Shown here: positions 1 to 13,830 of the stretch, one piece after another | Numbering within the stretch: the first letter of the stretch is position 1 | How the letters are laid out: every line of letters starts with the position of its first letter | IMG/VR virus record: IMGVR_UViG_3300028591_000010 | Span: 32,001-96,000 of that record | Strand: one strand, 5' to 3' | From: a virus | Lineage: Duplodnaviria > Caudoviricetes | DNA length: 64,000 nucleotides | Translations under genes and position numbers: made by a program | The notes under the pieces: model-generated | The model's input: only the letters and a program-made list of their open reading frames with translations | What the model was told of the DNA's origin: nothing | The model's database searches: none

Positions 1-3000
1 ATTAATGTTGCTGACGGTGCTTCTTATATTACTGCTGATATGTGCAGAGATATGCTCAGAATGCGTGGTGCATATAATAATAAAGTACGTAAAGCATTCA
101 AGATATTGATGAGCAGTAGTAAGTATGATTGGACTAAGACAGCAGAAGCTTATAAAGAAGTCTATATGGCTCTTAATATAGTTCCTACTAAGTATACTGC
201 TTACGGATTTAGACAACATTCTTTGAACGGTAACCAGGTTAGCGACGTTGCTGTAGCATATTATAATAAGTTCGCACTCTTCCCAATATTCCCATGTATG
301 GCTACTGGTAAGATGGAAGCTGTATATTAGAAAATGGTAGACGAAAAAGTAGACATGTTACTCATGACTTCGGCTGTTAAGGTTGGTAGTCAAGGGGCCG
401 TATCGTTCGACGGAGAGACTATAAGCGAACCATTTAATAAGTATGAACAAGATTATTCTTACTTACGCAGACAGTTGAATACTGATCCTGAAGATAAAGA
501 TGAAAATCATATTGGTACACAGATGATGAAGATTGGTCTTTCTAATCTTGTTGCAGAACGTACATATATTGATATGGATGGCAATGAGATTACTGGAGAT
601 CAGATACTCGAAACAATGATGTCTTCTATCAACGAGCTTGCTAACATAGGAGCTCAGGAGATAAAAGACATGTTTATGACAGTAGATACATAGACTGATG
701 AAAACGGTAATATAATCTCTTCAGAAGAACGAATAGACTATAAGAAGTTGTCTGAATATCTGAATGAACAATTGACGTCTAGAAATGCTAATAAGACTAT
801 CATACAGGCTATTCAAACTACTCCTGATGGCAAGAAACTTTCTTCACCTTTAGCAGCTACCCCAGATGCAGCTTGGATTGAGAGTATTTTTATATCTACA
901 ATGAACAAACACATTGTTGATATAACCACTCCAGGTAAATCATTTGTGCAGCGTTCTGTTTGGGCAATGGAAGGAGATAGTAATATGTCTCCTACTCTCA
1001 ATAGGGGTTAGAAACTTCAGATGATCAACGAAGATCACAGTATGGATGCTGTTATCAGTATAGATTACTTTAAGGATATACTTCCAGAAGGATTATCCTT
1101 CGAATAGTCAAAACAATGGCTTATTGATAATGGTATTATCAGTGGTTATAGAACTAATGACGAAGATATGTCACAAGAATGGTTTGATGCTGAAGCCGTT
1201 ATGATAGGATATCGTATTCCAACTCAGGCTCAATCTTCTATTCATGCTTTACGTATTGTAGATGTATTACCAGCAACAAAGACCACTATTATACTTCCAG
1301 AAGAATTTACTAAAATTACAGGTTCTGACTTTGATATTGACCATTTGTATTTGGCTTCATTCAATTTTAGAAAAGGTGAAGACGGAATGATGACTAGGAG
1401 TTTTGATGTTGGTACAAAAGAATATCATCAAAATAAGATACTTGAAATGTTGATGGTTCTTTTGAAAGATACAGAACATTCTCTCAATCATCTATATAAA
1501 CCAATTGACAACGATACAGAACTTGTTACAGACGTATCAGATTATATTGAAGAGAGTGGAAGTACTAAAGATAGTCCTTATAACTTTGGAACTTTGCACG
1601 AGCAAGTAATACGTAAAAATGACTATATTACTGGTAAGAAAGGTATCGCTCCTTTTGCTTTGAATTCTACAAGTCACGTAATGTGTAGAAACTACGGCGT
1701 AAAGTTTAAAGGCACAAAACTTGTAAATAATACAAGGCTTAAGGATTTTGATAGTAGAACAGATAAGGATAATAATCCTGTAGAATCTTGGTTGTCTGGA
1801 TTTATCAACGCTCACGTAGATATCGTAAAAGATCCTTATATTTCTAGATTGAATGTAAATCCATTTACATACAATATGCTCAATCTTATGATACGTTGTG
1901 GATGGGGAGATACCGCATTGTGGTTCTTAGCTAATCCTATTATTAGATCTATGGCTCAAGCAAATGATCTTGCAGACAGTCAATATATGAGAAGACCTAA
2001 TAAGAATAAGACAGGTAAGTCATATAGAGAAGAGCTTATATTGAATGCTGTAAAAGAATATCTTACTGATGCAGAAGTATCTGATGAAAAGATAGAATGG
2101 CTGCTAACTAGTCCTCAAGCATCTGATCAACGTATAGCATACGTAAGAAAACTTGATCAAATACAATCTAAACTTCAAGATTGTGCAATTAAAGGTACAG
2201 TAGATCACGATACTGCGCTCACTGTTTTCTATGCTTGGAAGATTCTTGAAAAATATTCTAGAGCGTTGGGTAATCTTGTTTAGCATACAAAAGTTGATAC
2301 CAGAAAATATGGTAAAAACTTTATAGCTGTGCAGAAATACTACTCTGACTATAAGAAATTATTTAGACCTAAAGGAGAAGATGCTGAGAATAGTGTTTGG
2401 GATATAGAATCGTTAAAGAATCTTGAAGAAAATTCATGGATAGGTACAAAAACAGATCTTGTAGCTCAAATGCCAATGTAGATATTTGGTGGTCTTACGT
2501 TCAATGCAAACGAGAAATTCATAAACGCTGTAATTAAGTTCTCTAGAATACTCGAAAGGGGCGGAAAAGAATTATCTGCAGACGATGTTGTACAGTTGTC
2601 TAGACATATGCAAACAGCGATCAAGTCTAAGTATTTTGTGAAGTATGCTCACGATGTACTCAAAATGTCAGATAAAGACATAGCTGATTTGTTTACTGGT
2701 TGGAAGAGCATGAATAGACAATTAGTCTCGTTAAAAGACTTAATTGCTAATGATCCAAAATATGCTAGACTTGCTTCTAATACATTCTTAAATCAAATCT
2801 ACTCCATGCTTGAAGACAAACCCGTGTTCGCGAATGGTAGAGAAATGGCAGATAGACCTGGATTTGTTACTGTACTCGATAACGTAGATGACAGCAAACT
2901 CAATTCTGATTTATTGTCTGAAGGTTGGTTAGATCTTATGAATGATGAAGATACTAGAGTTCGAAAGTTTGCCAAGAAGATGGTACTATATGCCTTCTTT

Positions 3001-3774
3001 ACGTCTGGTGAATTTAAAGGTTGGAATAAACTTTTGAAGTATGTTCCGTACGAATGGATATCTGGTGAAGTAGATCCACAATACCAATCTTATTCTGAAT
3101 TTATTGAAGAAGAATTATAGAATATATCTGACGACTATTCTGATCTTTACGATGACATCGTTGCTAACAACTTCATGGATTATAGATTTGCTGAACAAAC
3201 GACTGTAATTAACGAAGACGATAGCAGGAATTTCTTAAACGACGATAGAGGGGTTAAGATTGGTAAAGGTGTTGTGTTTGATCAGATAGACGACCTTTCT
3301 GAATATGTAAGTATACTCAAAAAAGGTATGCGAGCAGGTCATCAAGATTCTTATGAACTATACAAGTTAATAGATGTTGTAAAACAAGGGAAGTTGTATT
3401 ACCCAGTATATGCAAAGATTAAGAAACGTGGTTATCATACACGTGGCAACGATATCTATGAATATGGATGGGATTTCAATTATGCTGAGAATGAAAGAAA
3501 AGGATCTGATACATTTGATTATGAGTCAGCTATACAAAGAGTTGTAGAATATCTGAACAATGGAGAATTGTATGGATTCTCAGATGCAGATGTAAGAGCT
3601 ATCAATAAGATATATATTAGACCAGAAAAAGAAGAGCAAGTTGCTCCAAAACCAAATGAAGATGGGGTTGAATACGATTGGTAGTATATGGAAGACTCTG
3701 GTTATTCTGGAGCACTTGAAGAATTCTCTGATGAAGATGTAAATTATGAATTTGTGAATCATTGTAAACATTAA
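1..3774 (+). CDS. Virion-packaged RNA polymerase (crAss-type giant RNAP), 5'-truncated; TAG read as Gln
   Basis: ORF fragments 40, 334, 748, 1168, 2596 and 3175 are all frame +1 and each ends at TAG; readthrough runs to TAA at 3772-3774. Catalytic GSDFDID motif (DFDID 1327-1341) preceded by GYRIPTQAQSS. Confidence 0.9.
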
Positions 3775-3779
3775 CGACT

Positions 3780-6700
3780 ATGATAATATGTCCTAATTTG
3801 AGTAACAAAGAAGTTGCTCAAGAATTTGATGAATTAAAGTCCGCTTTAATGGCGGCAGATCCTAAACATGGAGAAGCGATGGCATATTAGGTGTGGTCGC
3901 TTAACAATGGTAATGCTATAGATAAGGCCCCAAATGGGGCCGAATCTTAGCTTTTTAAAAGTTTAGTGGATTACTATGAAGGTGATCGTTCTAAAGCGAT
4001 TGTAGCCAAAGCTAAGACATATTCTACGAACTTTTTAAAATGGTTTGGTAATTGGACAGGAGAAAAAGACGCTTTACCTGAGTTTGAACAAGGAGAAGTA
4101 TCTAAAGTTGTAGATGAGAATGGAGAACCTCTTGTTGTATGGCATGGAAGCAGAATATCAAATAACATTGAAGAGTTTCAAAACGACAATACATTTTTTG
4201 CAGATAGATATACTGCGTTTTCATATACCCCATTTGATGCTGAAGACGAGAGTGAATATATGTATCCTTCTTTTTTAAGTATAAAAAATCCTAAAATTAT
4301 TGACGCAAATGGTAATTTTTGGAATAATATAGAAGGAGAATCTACTGATGATATAGCTAAGAGTCTATCGGGAAACGATGGGGCAATTATCTCAAATTTA
4401 AAAGATTATTCTGATTTTACTCCAGGAAATCCAGAACTTAGTGTTGAACTTTTAAACGAAGCACCGCTTCATACAGATTATATTACTTCTTCTTCAGATC
4501 AAATAAAACATATAGATAACCGTGATGGAGAATATACAGGATCAAATATATATCATAATTTGAAAGACGAAGATGGAAATTATGAAGACGAAGTTCCGTA
4601 CGATGAAGTTTTTTCTCCTTATCCAGAATATGACGAAGAAGCAAAGAAAATGTTTCAACGCCTTGATATATTACAAAAGGAATTTAATGACTTAAAAAAC
4701 AAACGATTAGAGCTAAATAAAAAGCTTCAAGAGGCAAAATGTGACACAATTTCTAAAAAAATAATAACACTTGGAGACGGAAGAATTAAGTTTGTAGAAA
4801 AGCCTAATCATTTATTACATATAGATAATGACCAACGTATATTTACACTTGTTTCTGCTTCTATGTAGCTTGATGGAAATGTGGTAACATTTCCGTTATT
4901 ATTTCCGTCTAGAAATGTCATAAATCCTTCGTATAATTATTATAGAACAGACAACTCTATACGCGACAATACAAATAGACTTGTATATGAAATGTTATCT
5001 GTTTTAAAAAATCATGGACACTCTATAATATATTCTCCTTGGCACGTAGTAACATCCGGACTTTATTCTGAACCAGATAATGCTGGAAAATAGATAGAAC
5101 GAATGTCAAAAGTTCTTGGCATAAAGTTATCAGATTTTGTAACGCATGAAGAAACTGTTGTAGAAGATGATCAACTAAACGGAAAAGTTAGATATTACAG
5201 AATTGTGTTTAATATAGACACAATGTTGAATAGACTTAATGTTATTGGACACAATAAAGAAATATATGACATAATCAATAAAGCTTACGAACAAAAACCG
5301 GTTTCTAAAAATAATGATCTTTTAATAAAAGCCTTATAGTCGGAAGAAAGAGATATAGATGAACGTCAATCTCAAATTCAAAAAGAGATGCGAGATATAA
5401 ATGAAGGTTTATATAAAAAAGAACAAGAAAATTCAGACTTACCGTTTAATGTAACACAAGGATCGTTAATATGGCTTGTCAAAAAATATATAAACGAAGG
5501 CAGATCTAAATAGGATTTGCAACATATATTAAATGAGATAAACTATATAAACGGATCTAAAATAAAAATTAATTGGAGTAATTTTGAAGTTTACGGTGAA
5601 TAGTTAAGTGGAAAAGATAACATAAAAAGAACAAACGACGATAATGAGGAACGCATAAAAGTTATTGTAAATTATCTAAATGAAAAATTTGGAAATAAAC
5701 TACAAGTAGAATATATAGACGAAGATGTTTGGTTAAGAGACGGTAGATTATATAATGGTTCTAATTCTTGTGTAATTGGAGATATTATATATCTTCGTAA
5801 ATCTAGAATGACTACGGAAATAGCAGCAGAAGAAATGCTTCATACTCTAATTCACGGGATGAAACATGGAAATAACGAACTCGGAAATAGATAGTTATTT
5901 GATAACCTTTTCGAAAAAGCTAAATAGTAGTTCCCAAAATTATGGGAAGAAATACAGTCTGTATATAAATATAATCATGATGAAGAACTTGTAACTTAGG
6001 TACTAGCTAGATATTTTAATAGAGATTTTGATAAACACGATACTTACAAATTAGAAGACCTTATAAACAAATTTAAAAACTGGTTTATAAAGCTATTTAA
6101 AGATTTATTAGAAGAATTTGCCGGAAATTATTATACTACTGTCGGTAATATAAACCCGTTAGTAGATTTCTAGGACATAAGTGATATGTTACTTGCAAAA
6201 AATCTAAAATTTGATATATAGACGATACCAGAAATACATAAGGAAAATTTATCTAACAAAACTTCTCATATATATTCAGAAGATCAAATATTACATAGTA
6301 TATCGACTCGTCAACAGGCTGCTCAAGATGAAGCGAACCGTCTTATTACTCGTATGAACGTATTATATAAACAATACGAAAAGATAAAAGACAAGACTCC
6401 TTCGCAAGAGAGATTAGCTAATCAAATATTTGAAACATTAAATAGACTTAAATAGCATAGAGATATATCTGCTGTACAGATAGCACTAGAACAGGCTAAG
6501 TTAACTCTTGGACAATATGATCCTACAACAGGAGAACCTGTTCAAATAAGTAGTATATACAAATATCTATACGATGCTCAGCAAAATGGATTCTCTGGAC
6601 TATCTCCACAGTCGTTAGTAGATATGTATAGAAACTCCATTAAGTTCTATAAAGACTTAATAGATAATATACCTTCTGAACAAGCTATTGATCTTACACA

Positions 6701-9700
6701 AGAAGATAAGGATTCTATAGCAAACTTGAAATCTCTTATAGACGATCATATAATGCCTATATGGACACAGGCTATTATGACTATAGGAGATCAGATAGTA
6801 GACGATTAGATAGACTCTGAAGTGTTTTCGTCTGAAGAAAATAAGGAAGATATGAAGAAAGTTGCTAAAGACTGGCTTCATAAGAATCTTATGTACGGCG
6901 ATATTACAGCAGTTACTAGCTATGTATATAACTACTCTAACTCTTCTAATCCTATAATTAAACAAGCTTTTCATCTTATACAATCTGCAGAATAGAAGAC
7001 TCTTGAAGAAGTACATGGAATAGCTCCAAAGTTAATGAAAGCTTATTAGAAAGCTAATAGTGGAACTAGGTCGTTTACTCCAGGATGGTAGTCTATGATG
7101 ATGGAATTCGATGATAAAGGTATTCCTACTGGAAACTTTGTAAGAGATATTAATTACGGTTTATATCAAAAAGACTTCAAAGAGTTTTTAGAAAAACTTA
7201 ATGAAGATTTTATACGTAAATATAAATACACATACGTTGTCGATGATACTGGCGCTATTACTAACAGCTTAACTGGTGAGTTTGCTGAAGATGAAGAATG
7301 GGGTTCAAACGGAGAAATGCCTAAATATATAGAGTATTTGCAAGAAATAGAAAACTTCAAATCAGATCGTGTACATAGGAGATATAAACCTCAATATTAT
7401 ATGGAAAGGTTGAGTAGACCTTATGATGGTACTATTGATCCTATGAATCCTGATTTCAAAGGTACGAAATTTCATCATGGTTTATCTCCAAAAACCCTGT
7501 CTAGATATTCATACTATCAGAGTAATATTAATTACTATCTGAACAAATGTTAGGATCCTGTTACGGGTTTAGTATATCCAGAAAAATTATCTAAAGACGA
7601 TTAGTTCTCCTTAGATAAATGGAAAGACAGACTCGATAAATTTACATCTATTTTTAATGAAGATGGTTCTTACAAGATTGGTGAGGATTTGAAAATGGCC
7701 TATGAAGTGCGTGCTTGGTAGAAGTGGCTTGGCCAACATACGAATGCAGAAGTGATGTAGGATGACTTTAATAGAGAGCGTGTACAAATATAGCAAGAAT
7801 CTATAAACACAGGAAATCCTAAACTGTTAGATGACTTCTTAAAGTATAACTCTAGAGCAGGTATAAATCCAGACTATATAAAACAGTCAGTAGGAAGTAT
7901 GCATTCTGATAAGATAGATACAGATACTTCATTTAGGGGTAAATTGTTAAGATCTTCATTATAGGGAATGGTTAGTAACCCTAGAATATTCGGAAGAGAG
8001 CTTTAGAAGATGATTAACAACCCATTATTCTGGTTGTAGTGTAAAGCATCTGATCAAGCTATAGAAGATGCAAACGATCCAACTAATACTAGCGGATGGA
8101 CAAAAGATCAAGTAGAAGCGTTCTAGAATGACTTTTATCAGAAAGACATTCTATATGTAGACGAGTACGGTTTTTATATTGATGAAAACGGAAATAAAAT
8201 AAACCCAAGTGATCCATCTGCGAAAGGATTAGAAGACGCTGGAAAACTTTTAACGTTTAGACAATATCTTATAAATAGATATACAGATGAAGCTTTACGT
8301 ACTGGTCAAGTTTCTGGTCTTATAGACGAATCTACAGGTACTCCAATAGACTTTAGTGGTTTAACACAAACTCAAATAAGAAAACAAATATCTAACTTAC
8401 TATCTTATAAGAAAACTTATTGGGATGAAGACGGTAATATTGATAGAATAGAAGACGAACCTCTTACTATATTCTCAATATTAGCCCCATCAAAAGACAA
8501 GTTCTTCAATACACGTACAAATAGAGAAGAGCCTACTGTTGTTTTAGTTGGAGATTCTAGATTTAAAGACTCTCAATCATTCTTGAGTGATACGTATTAT
8601 GAAAAATATAATAAAGGAAATCAAGTAGCAGAAATACCTGATATAAATTACGATAATGGCAGATACGATAATTCAGAAGCTTATAATAAAGTCATGCAAG
8701 ATGATGATGTACGCGAGTTGTATGAATTATTAGTATAGACTATGTAGGATATGCAGGCTATATACTCTACTAATAGAAAATTTAATTATAAACTTCCATA
8801 GATAAATGCTCGTACGTGTGCTTTATTCTCTAGATTACTAAAACGAGGATACACCAAGAAGTCTATACAAGGTATGTGGGATTCTATGACTAATATAGAA
8901 GCTAACGATGATTTATTGCGTACTAAGTAGGATTATTTTGTCGGTGTAGATGGAGAAGTAGGTAATGATGTACCTTTGAAGTTTATAAGAGATCTTAAAA
9001 ACAAAGAGGATTTATCTACAGATTTGGTTAGTTCTGTCATCATGTTTGTTGACATGGCTCTTAATTATAAGAACAAATCAGAAATAGATTCGAAACTCAA
9101 AGTGCTTAGATATAACATGGATAAAGATGTCCGTGAAGTATATGAGAGTAAACTTAAACCAAGACAAGAACAATCTGCAAAAGAGAATAGTAACTCCATA
9201 AAAATGTTTGATTCTATGATGGACGTGTCTATGTATGGTAATAAGTTCGGTAATACTTCTGAAGGAGGTCCAAGTCGAACTAGAGTTGCTTTACATAAAA
9301 CAGCAGATGTATTCCAAGAGGTAGAATCTACAGCAATGCTTGGTTTAAATATGTTTTCTATGGCAGTAGGGTTCGGAGATTCTATTACTCGTATCGTATC
9401 AGAGAGTGTAGCCGGTAAATATATGACAATTGGAGATTGTCTTTGGGCTTTAGGTAAATGCCTATATTATACTCCAGCGTGCATAAAAAATATGTTCAAT
9501 CCTTTAGCTAACAATAAGATGACTGCTCTCATGTAGATGAATGGTATATCTAAAGGAACATTCGGTACATATGTGAAAGCAGATTGGGGTAAAGGTAGAA
9601 AATTCTTAACGAGTATTCTTATGGGCGGCTGGTCTATGTTAGATTGGATGGCTAATGCTTTACTTATGATGTCTTTCTATCATAATTGTAGACTATACGA

Positions 9701-11087
9701 AGGTGCAGAAATACCAAAAGGATTCTATACTAAATATGAAATGCAATAGGCATTCATAAATGCTGGAAAAACAAAGTCTGATGGCACTAAAGCGTTCCAT
9801 AATTACTCGCATTTAGGTAATCGTATTACTCTGTGGGACGCATATGAATTCAAAGGAGGATAGGTATCTATTAAACCTCAATATGAACAATATGTAACAT
9901 AGAGGGTAAAGACTAACATTGCTACTAAAACTAAGAAACGTGGAGCTCTATACAATGGTATGAATCCAGATAATGATATCCCTCGTTGGAAACGTGATGT
10001 GATTGGTAGATTAGCTGGTGCATTACGTGCGTGGATTCAACAGCAAGTTCAACATCTTGTCGCAGGTGGAACAGATAGTATTGCAAGAGGCTAGCGCGAA
10101 GAACTTAGCTATGAGTCTAATACTAGCGGTACTAAATTAAAACGTAGATATAAGAATTTAACATAGGGTGAAATAGATGCGATTGACGCAGAAATAGCCC
10201 GCGCTAAAAGCGCTGGAGAAGATGTAAATTCTAAAGAGTTTTAGAAGAAACTTCGCACTATACAAAAACAAGCAAAAGATTTACAAAATGTTAGAAAAAT
10301 GGCGTGGGACTATGAAACTGGAACCCCATAGGATCAAATATTAGTCGGTTTAATAAGGTCTCTCAGAACTTTGTTTAGAGAAGCAAATCAAATGCTCTTA
10401 CATAAACCACGTACCGCTAAATTATCAGAAGTAGAAAAATATGCTTGGAAAGATACATTAATATTTATAGGAATGCTTTCTATGATGATGATAGGGTGGA
10501 CATTTATCCATGATGATGCAAGAGAAGTACCTAAACCTACTACAAGAGAAGAAGCTGGACCAGCATCAATGTTAAATCCTGTAGATTATTATGAGTATAT
10601 ACGCGACATTTATATTCCAAATCAATATTGGAAGTTAGCAACTGACGATATATATTTCAGAATAGTGGAAGCTAAAATATCAAGTGTAAACGTTCAACAG
10701 GTATTAGATATTGTGAACGCTCTTACAGCGTTGAAAAGCGGTTTCGATAATCAATTTGCTCTAATATTAAATGACGACGATGATTCTGAAGGTATATTAA
10801 AACAAGGAGGATATAAATTCTATACAAAAGGAGAAAAAGCTTTATACAAAGCAGTTGGTCCTGTGAATAATTTACATACCTTCTTGACATATTACGGTGC
10901 TACAGGTAACCTACGTTGGTATACAAATAAGTTCGGTAAAGTGTATAGAGCTTTTGGTTACGACTTTAAAGCAAAAGACAAAGCTGCAGATAAGAAAAAA
11001 TCAGCAGTAAATGAAGGATTCTCTGGAGGCGACTTCAGTGAAGGTGGATTTGAAGGCGGCGGATTTTCTGGAGGAGACTTCTTCTGA
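3780..11087 (+). CDS. Giant (~2435 aa) virion/ejection polyvalent protein with N-terminal ADP-ribosyltransferase-like and degenerate zincin domains; TAG read as Gln
   Basis: ATG 3780; fragments 3966, 4881, 5103, 6624, 7095, 8976, 9537 and 10371 are all frame +3, separated by TAG (tandem TAG TAG at 5925-5930); ends TGA 11087. Motifs FLKWFGNW..SKVVDENGEPLVVWHGS and EEMLH..EELVT. Directly follows the vRNAP. Confidence 0.8.
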
Positions 11088-11133
11088 TTTTCAAAAAGCC
11101 TATAAAACTCTCATTATATATTTCCAATAAACG

Positions 11134-11171
11134 AAAAGGGAACAACATCTTATGATGCTGCTCCCTTTTTT
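11134..11171. terminator. Bidirectional intrinsic terminator between convergent late and replication modules
   Basis: Minus strand GGGAGCAGCATC-ATAA-GATGTTGTTCCC-TTTT, with A/T tracts on both sides. Confidence 0.75.
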
Positions 11172-11641
11172 GGTATAGTTAAACCATCTTCTCCATAACT
11201 ATCTGGATAATAATCTTGTAATGGCATATCGTGGGAATACTGCGTCACTATTGACGAGTCTCCCACTAACTTATCTATAAGGTCCTTAGGAAAATTCCAG
11301 AACTGCAAAACTGAAATCTTCTGTTCTCCTGTAAGATGTACAATGCCATTTTGTTTTGCTATACCTGGTTTTATAGTAAACACATAAACATAATATGGAA
11401 CTCCTTTTACAAGTTTAACATATTTACGTTTAAGTGAACGTGAAGAATCTAAATGAATCGCTCTATTTGTAACATGATCATTTCGTATTCTATCATCGTA
11501 TACCAGATATAACTCCATATCTCCAGTAGGTTTATCTGGATCAAAGGTATAACTATCTATGAATCCTGCAGCGGCAGTGAAGTCAATCGAATTAACTCCA
11601 CCGTCGATGAAAGGAATTGTTAATTTTTCAAATGTACTCAT
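11150..11641 (-). CDS. Hypothetical protein
   Basis: 163-aa ORF, ATGA overlap with the upstream nuclease gene. Confidence 0.8.
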   Translation of the reverse strand: MSTFEKLTIPFIDGGVNSIDFTAAAGFIDSYTFDPDKPTGDMELYLVYDDRIRNDHVTNRAIHLDSSRSLKRKYVKLVKGVPYYVYVFTIKPGIAKQNGIVHLTGEQKISVLQFWNFPKDLIDKLVGDSSIVTQYSHDMPLQDYYPDSYGEDGLTIPKKGAAS

Positions 11642-12666
11642 AGGTTCAATGACTCTGAGCCATCGCCTTCATAATATTCTCTACTATGCTCCCACTTGCC
11701 TGTAGACTGATGCCATGCTATTTCATCTAGAACATCGTGTATGATTGCTATTCTAGAATTAACAGTATATTCATCAATACAAAACACACGAATCTCATAA
11801 CTACCTGTAGTATCTATACCGATAATGTAGAATTCAAAGTCCCATGTTAATGGGTCTTCTCCACATTCATTTTTTAGATACCATAAAACAGCGTTTTTAT
11901 AATAACACAACTGTCTTAGATAGTCATACATCTCTATACTTTCCTCAAAGTGCCACAGTTTTGCTGTAGTCTTTAAGTCGTATATAATAGCTTTCTTATT
12001 CTTGAAATCAAGAGTAAGACCGTCTAACAGAGATTTACATTGTACGCCTCTGCATTCCCAGTTTATATGAAATTCGTGACTGTAAGTAAATCTTGCCCCT
12101 TCGTGATACGAAACCTTTACGTCGAACGAATCTTCAAATCCAAGTTCCGTGTCAAATGGCCAGATTATCTTACGAGCAAGCTTATGAGATTGAATGTTAT
12201 GCTTGATTTTTTCAAGCATTTTAACATCCCAAGGACTAATCATAATCCTTCCATCATTTTCTTTCAAGAAGTCTATATAATCCTTCAACGTAGAGGCTAT
12301 TTTAAGGCCTTCTGACAGCATTTTGTCTTCTGACTTTCCTGCTGTACTATATGCTTCTTTATAAGCGCTTAGAATGGCTCTATTTGGCTCTATTTCTAGT
12401 GAAGATGCTAAAGCCTGACAGAACTTCTCCTGCTGTGCAGAATTAGGTCTACTTTTGTCCCAGACTACATAGTCTTTTTGGAACTCTTCTGGCTGTAACA
12501 GATATTCGTGAATCATAGTTCCACGCTCCAACACAGGATTCTTTTCTTCTGGTGGAGGATCTGTTAGCATCTTATGTAAAAAGGCTGGTCCCTTCTGTAG
12601 AAACCAGCCTATGTTCGAATTTGAGATCCTCGAAAGGTCCTCGTAATATGGAATACTTATATCCAT
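11638..12666 (-). CDS. PD-(D/E)XK exonuclease (RecE/exonuclease VIII-like)
   Basis: ISNSNI, RGTMIHEYLL, CKSLLD..IIYDLKTT and YLRQLCYY motifs. Confidence 0.8.
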   Translation of the reverse strand: MDISIPYYEDLSRISNSNIGWFLQKGPAFLHKMLTDPPPEEKNPVLERGTMIHEYLLQPEEFQKDYVVWDKSRPNSAQQEKFCQALASSLEIEPNRAILSAYKEAYSTAGKSEDKMLSEGLKIASTLKDYIDFLKENDGRIMISPWDVKMLEKIKHNIQSHKLARKIIWPFDTELGFEDSFDVKVSYHEGARFTYSHEFHINWECRGVQCKSLLDGLTLDFKNKKAIIYDLKTTAKLWHFEESIEMYDYLRQLCYYKNAVLWYLKNECGEDPLTWDFEFYIIGIDTTGSYEIRVFCIDEYTVNSRIAIIHDVLDEIAWHQSTGKWEHSREYYEGDGSESLNL

Positions 12667-13448
12667 TATTTCTTAGCAATGTTAAGGAACTCCATGATTT
12701 CATCAAACGAATCGTCAGGATTGTTCTTCAACTCCTCACCGAAGATTATGACATTATCGTGAGACACAGTCGCAACGTTACTACAGAAGTATTCTGCAGC
12801 AGCATCAGACTTATCCTTGTTGTTGATTATATCATTCAATATACCAGCAACAGTCTCCTTAGTAAGTCCCTTAAAGGTCTTCTTATAACGAATACGAGAA
12901 CATCTATCGTTCAAGTACTCATCGATTTCCTTCTCGTTGTTACAAGTACATATTACAAGCTTCTTGCAAGTAGGCTTAACACCATCTAAGAAACCCAACA
13001 GATATCGTGTATTCCAATATTTGTCGATTTCATCAAATATAACACATACGTCAGTGTTCACATTAGCGAAGAATCCTTCTATATCATCTGCAAATACATT
13101 CTTATCTATTACAATAATAGGCAATCCAGATTCTACAGCTATCTTCTTAGCCATCAAAGTCTTACCACTACCTTTCATACCACTCAACAAGACACCCGTA
13201 GTCATCTTATCGGTGTTATTAAAAGTATTAATAGACTTAGTAATGAATTTATTATCCTTATCTGTCAGATAATAAGTCTTCGGAAATTCGAAATCCTTAT
13301 CCTCTGAAAGATAATCTAAACCTTCTCCTTTATCGTGAAGCAGATTATAAACTTTGCCATTTTGAAGAGTGCAATCAAGACCCTCAGGCTTTGGGATTAT
13401 ATGACCATTGTGCTGAATAAAATCACTTGTTTTCTTTATCTTTTCCAT
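12666..13448 (-). CDS. AAA+ ATPase
   Basis: Walker A GMKGSGKT, Walker B VIFDEIDK, sensor CTCN, DRCSR arginine finger. Confidence 0.85.
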   Translation of the reverse strand: MEKIKKTSDFIQHNGHIIPKPEGLDCTLQNGKVYNLLHDKGEGLDYLSEDKDFEFPKTYYLTDKDNKFITKSINTFNNTDKMTTGVLLSGMKGSGKTLMAKKIAVESGLPIIVIDKNVFADDIEGFFANVNTDVCVIFDEIDKYWNTRYLLGFLDGVKPTCKKLVICTCNNEKEIDEYLNDRCSRIRYKKTFKGLTKETVAGILNDIINNKDKSDAAAEYFCSNVATVSHDNVIIFGEELKNNPDDSFDEIMEFLNIAKK

Positions 13449-13830
13449 TTTGTCTCTGACTTAAAAGTTCTTGGATCATTTCATCTACCTGTTTATGATT
13501 TCTCACCAGATAGCAGCGCATCTTGGAATGATGACGCTTTAAATAATATTTGAAGAGTTTCCATCTTAAAGGGAACGAATCTCCCATAAGACCTTTACAT
13601 TCTACTATAAATCCACGACCTACAAAGTCTGGTAGATATGTAATAGCACGTATTTTCTCTCCTAAAAACTCGAACTTAGGTAACAGAGTAAAATGCTTTG
13701 GCTCATATTTCACAGGTATTCCTGCTTTCATAAAAGCTTCATAAGTATAGAGTTCGAGTTTACTCCTAAAATGGATTCCATACTTATCGACCGCTGTCGC
13801 ATTTTTTACTCTGCTTTTAGAGGATGTCAT
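13423..13830 (-). CDS. PD-(D/E)XK endonuclease (DUF1064 / T7 endonuclease I-like, possible resolvase)
   Basis: FRSKLE..YEP..TYLPDF..VECKG. Confidence 0.75.
   Translation of the reverse strand: MTSSKSRVKNATAVDKYGIHFRSKLELYTYEAFMKAGIPVKYEPKHFTLLPKFEFLGEKIRAITYLPDFVGRGFIVECKGLMGDSFPLRWKLFKYYLKRHHSKMRCYLVRNHKQVDEMIQELLSQRQNGKDKENK

Noticed and set aside
1-11087. Pseudogenes or frameshifts suggested by fragmented ORFs
   Set aside because: All breaks are in-frame TAG, and a CUA tRNA is present.
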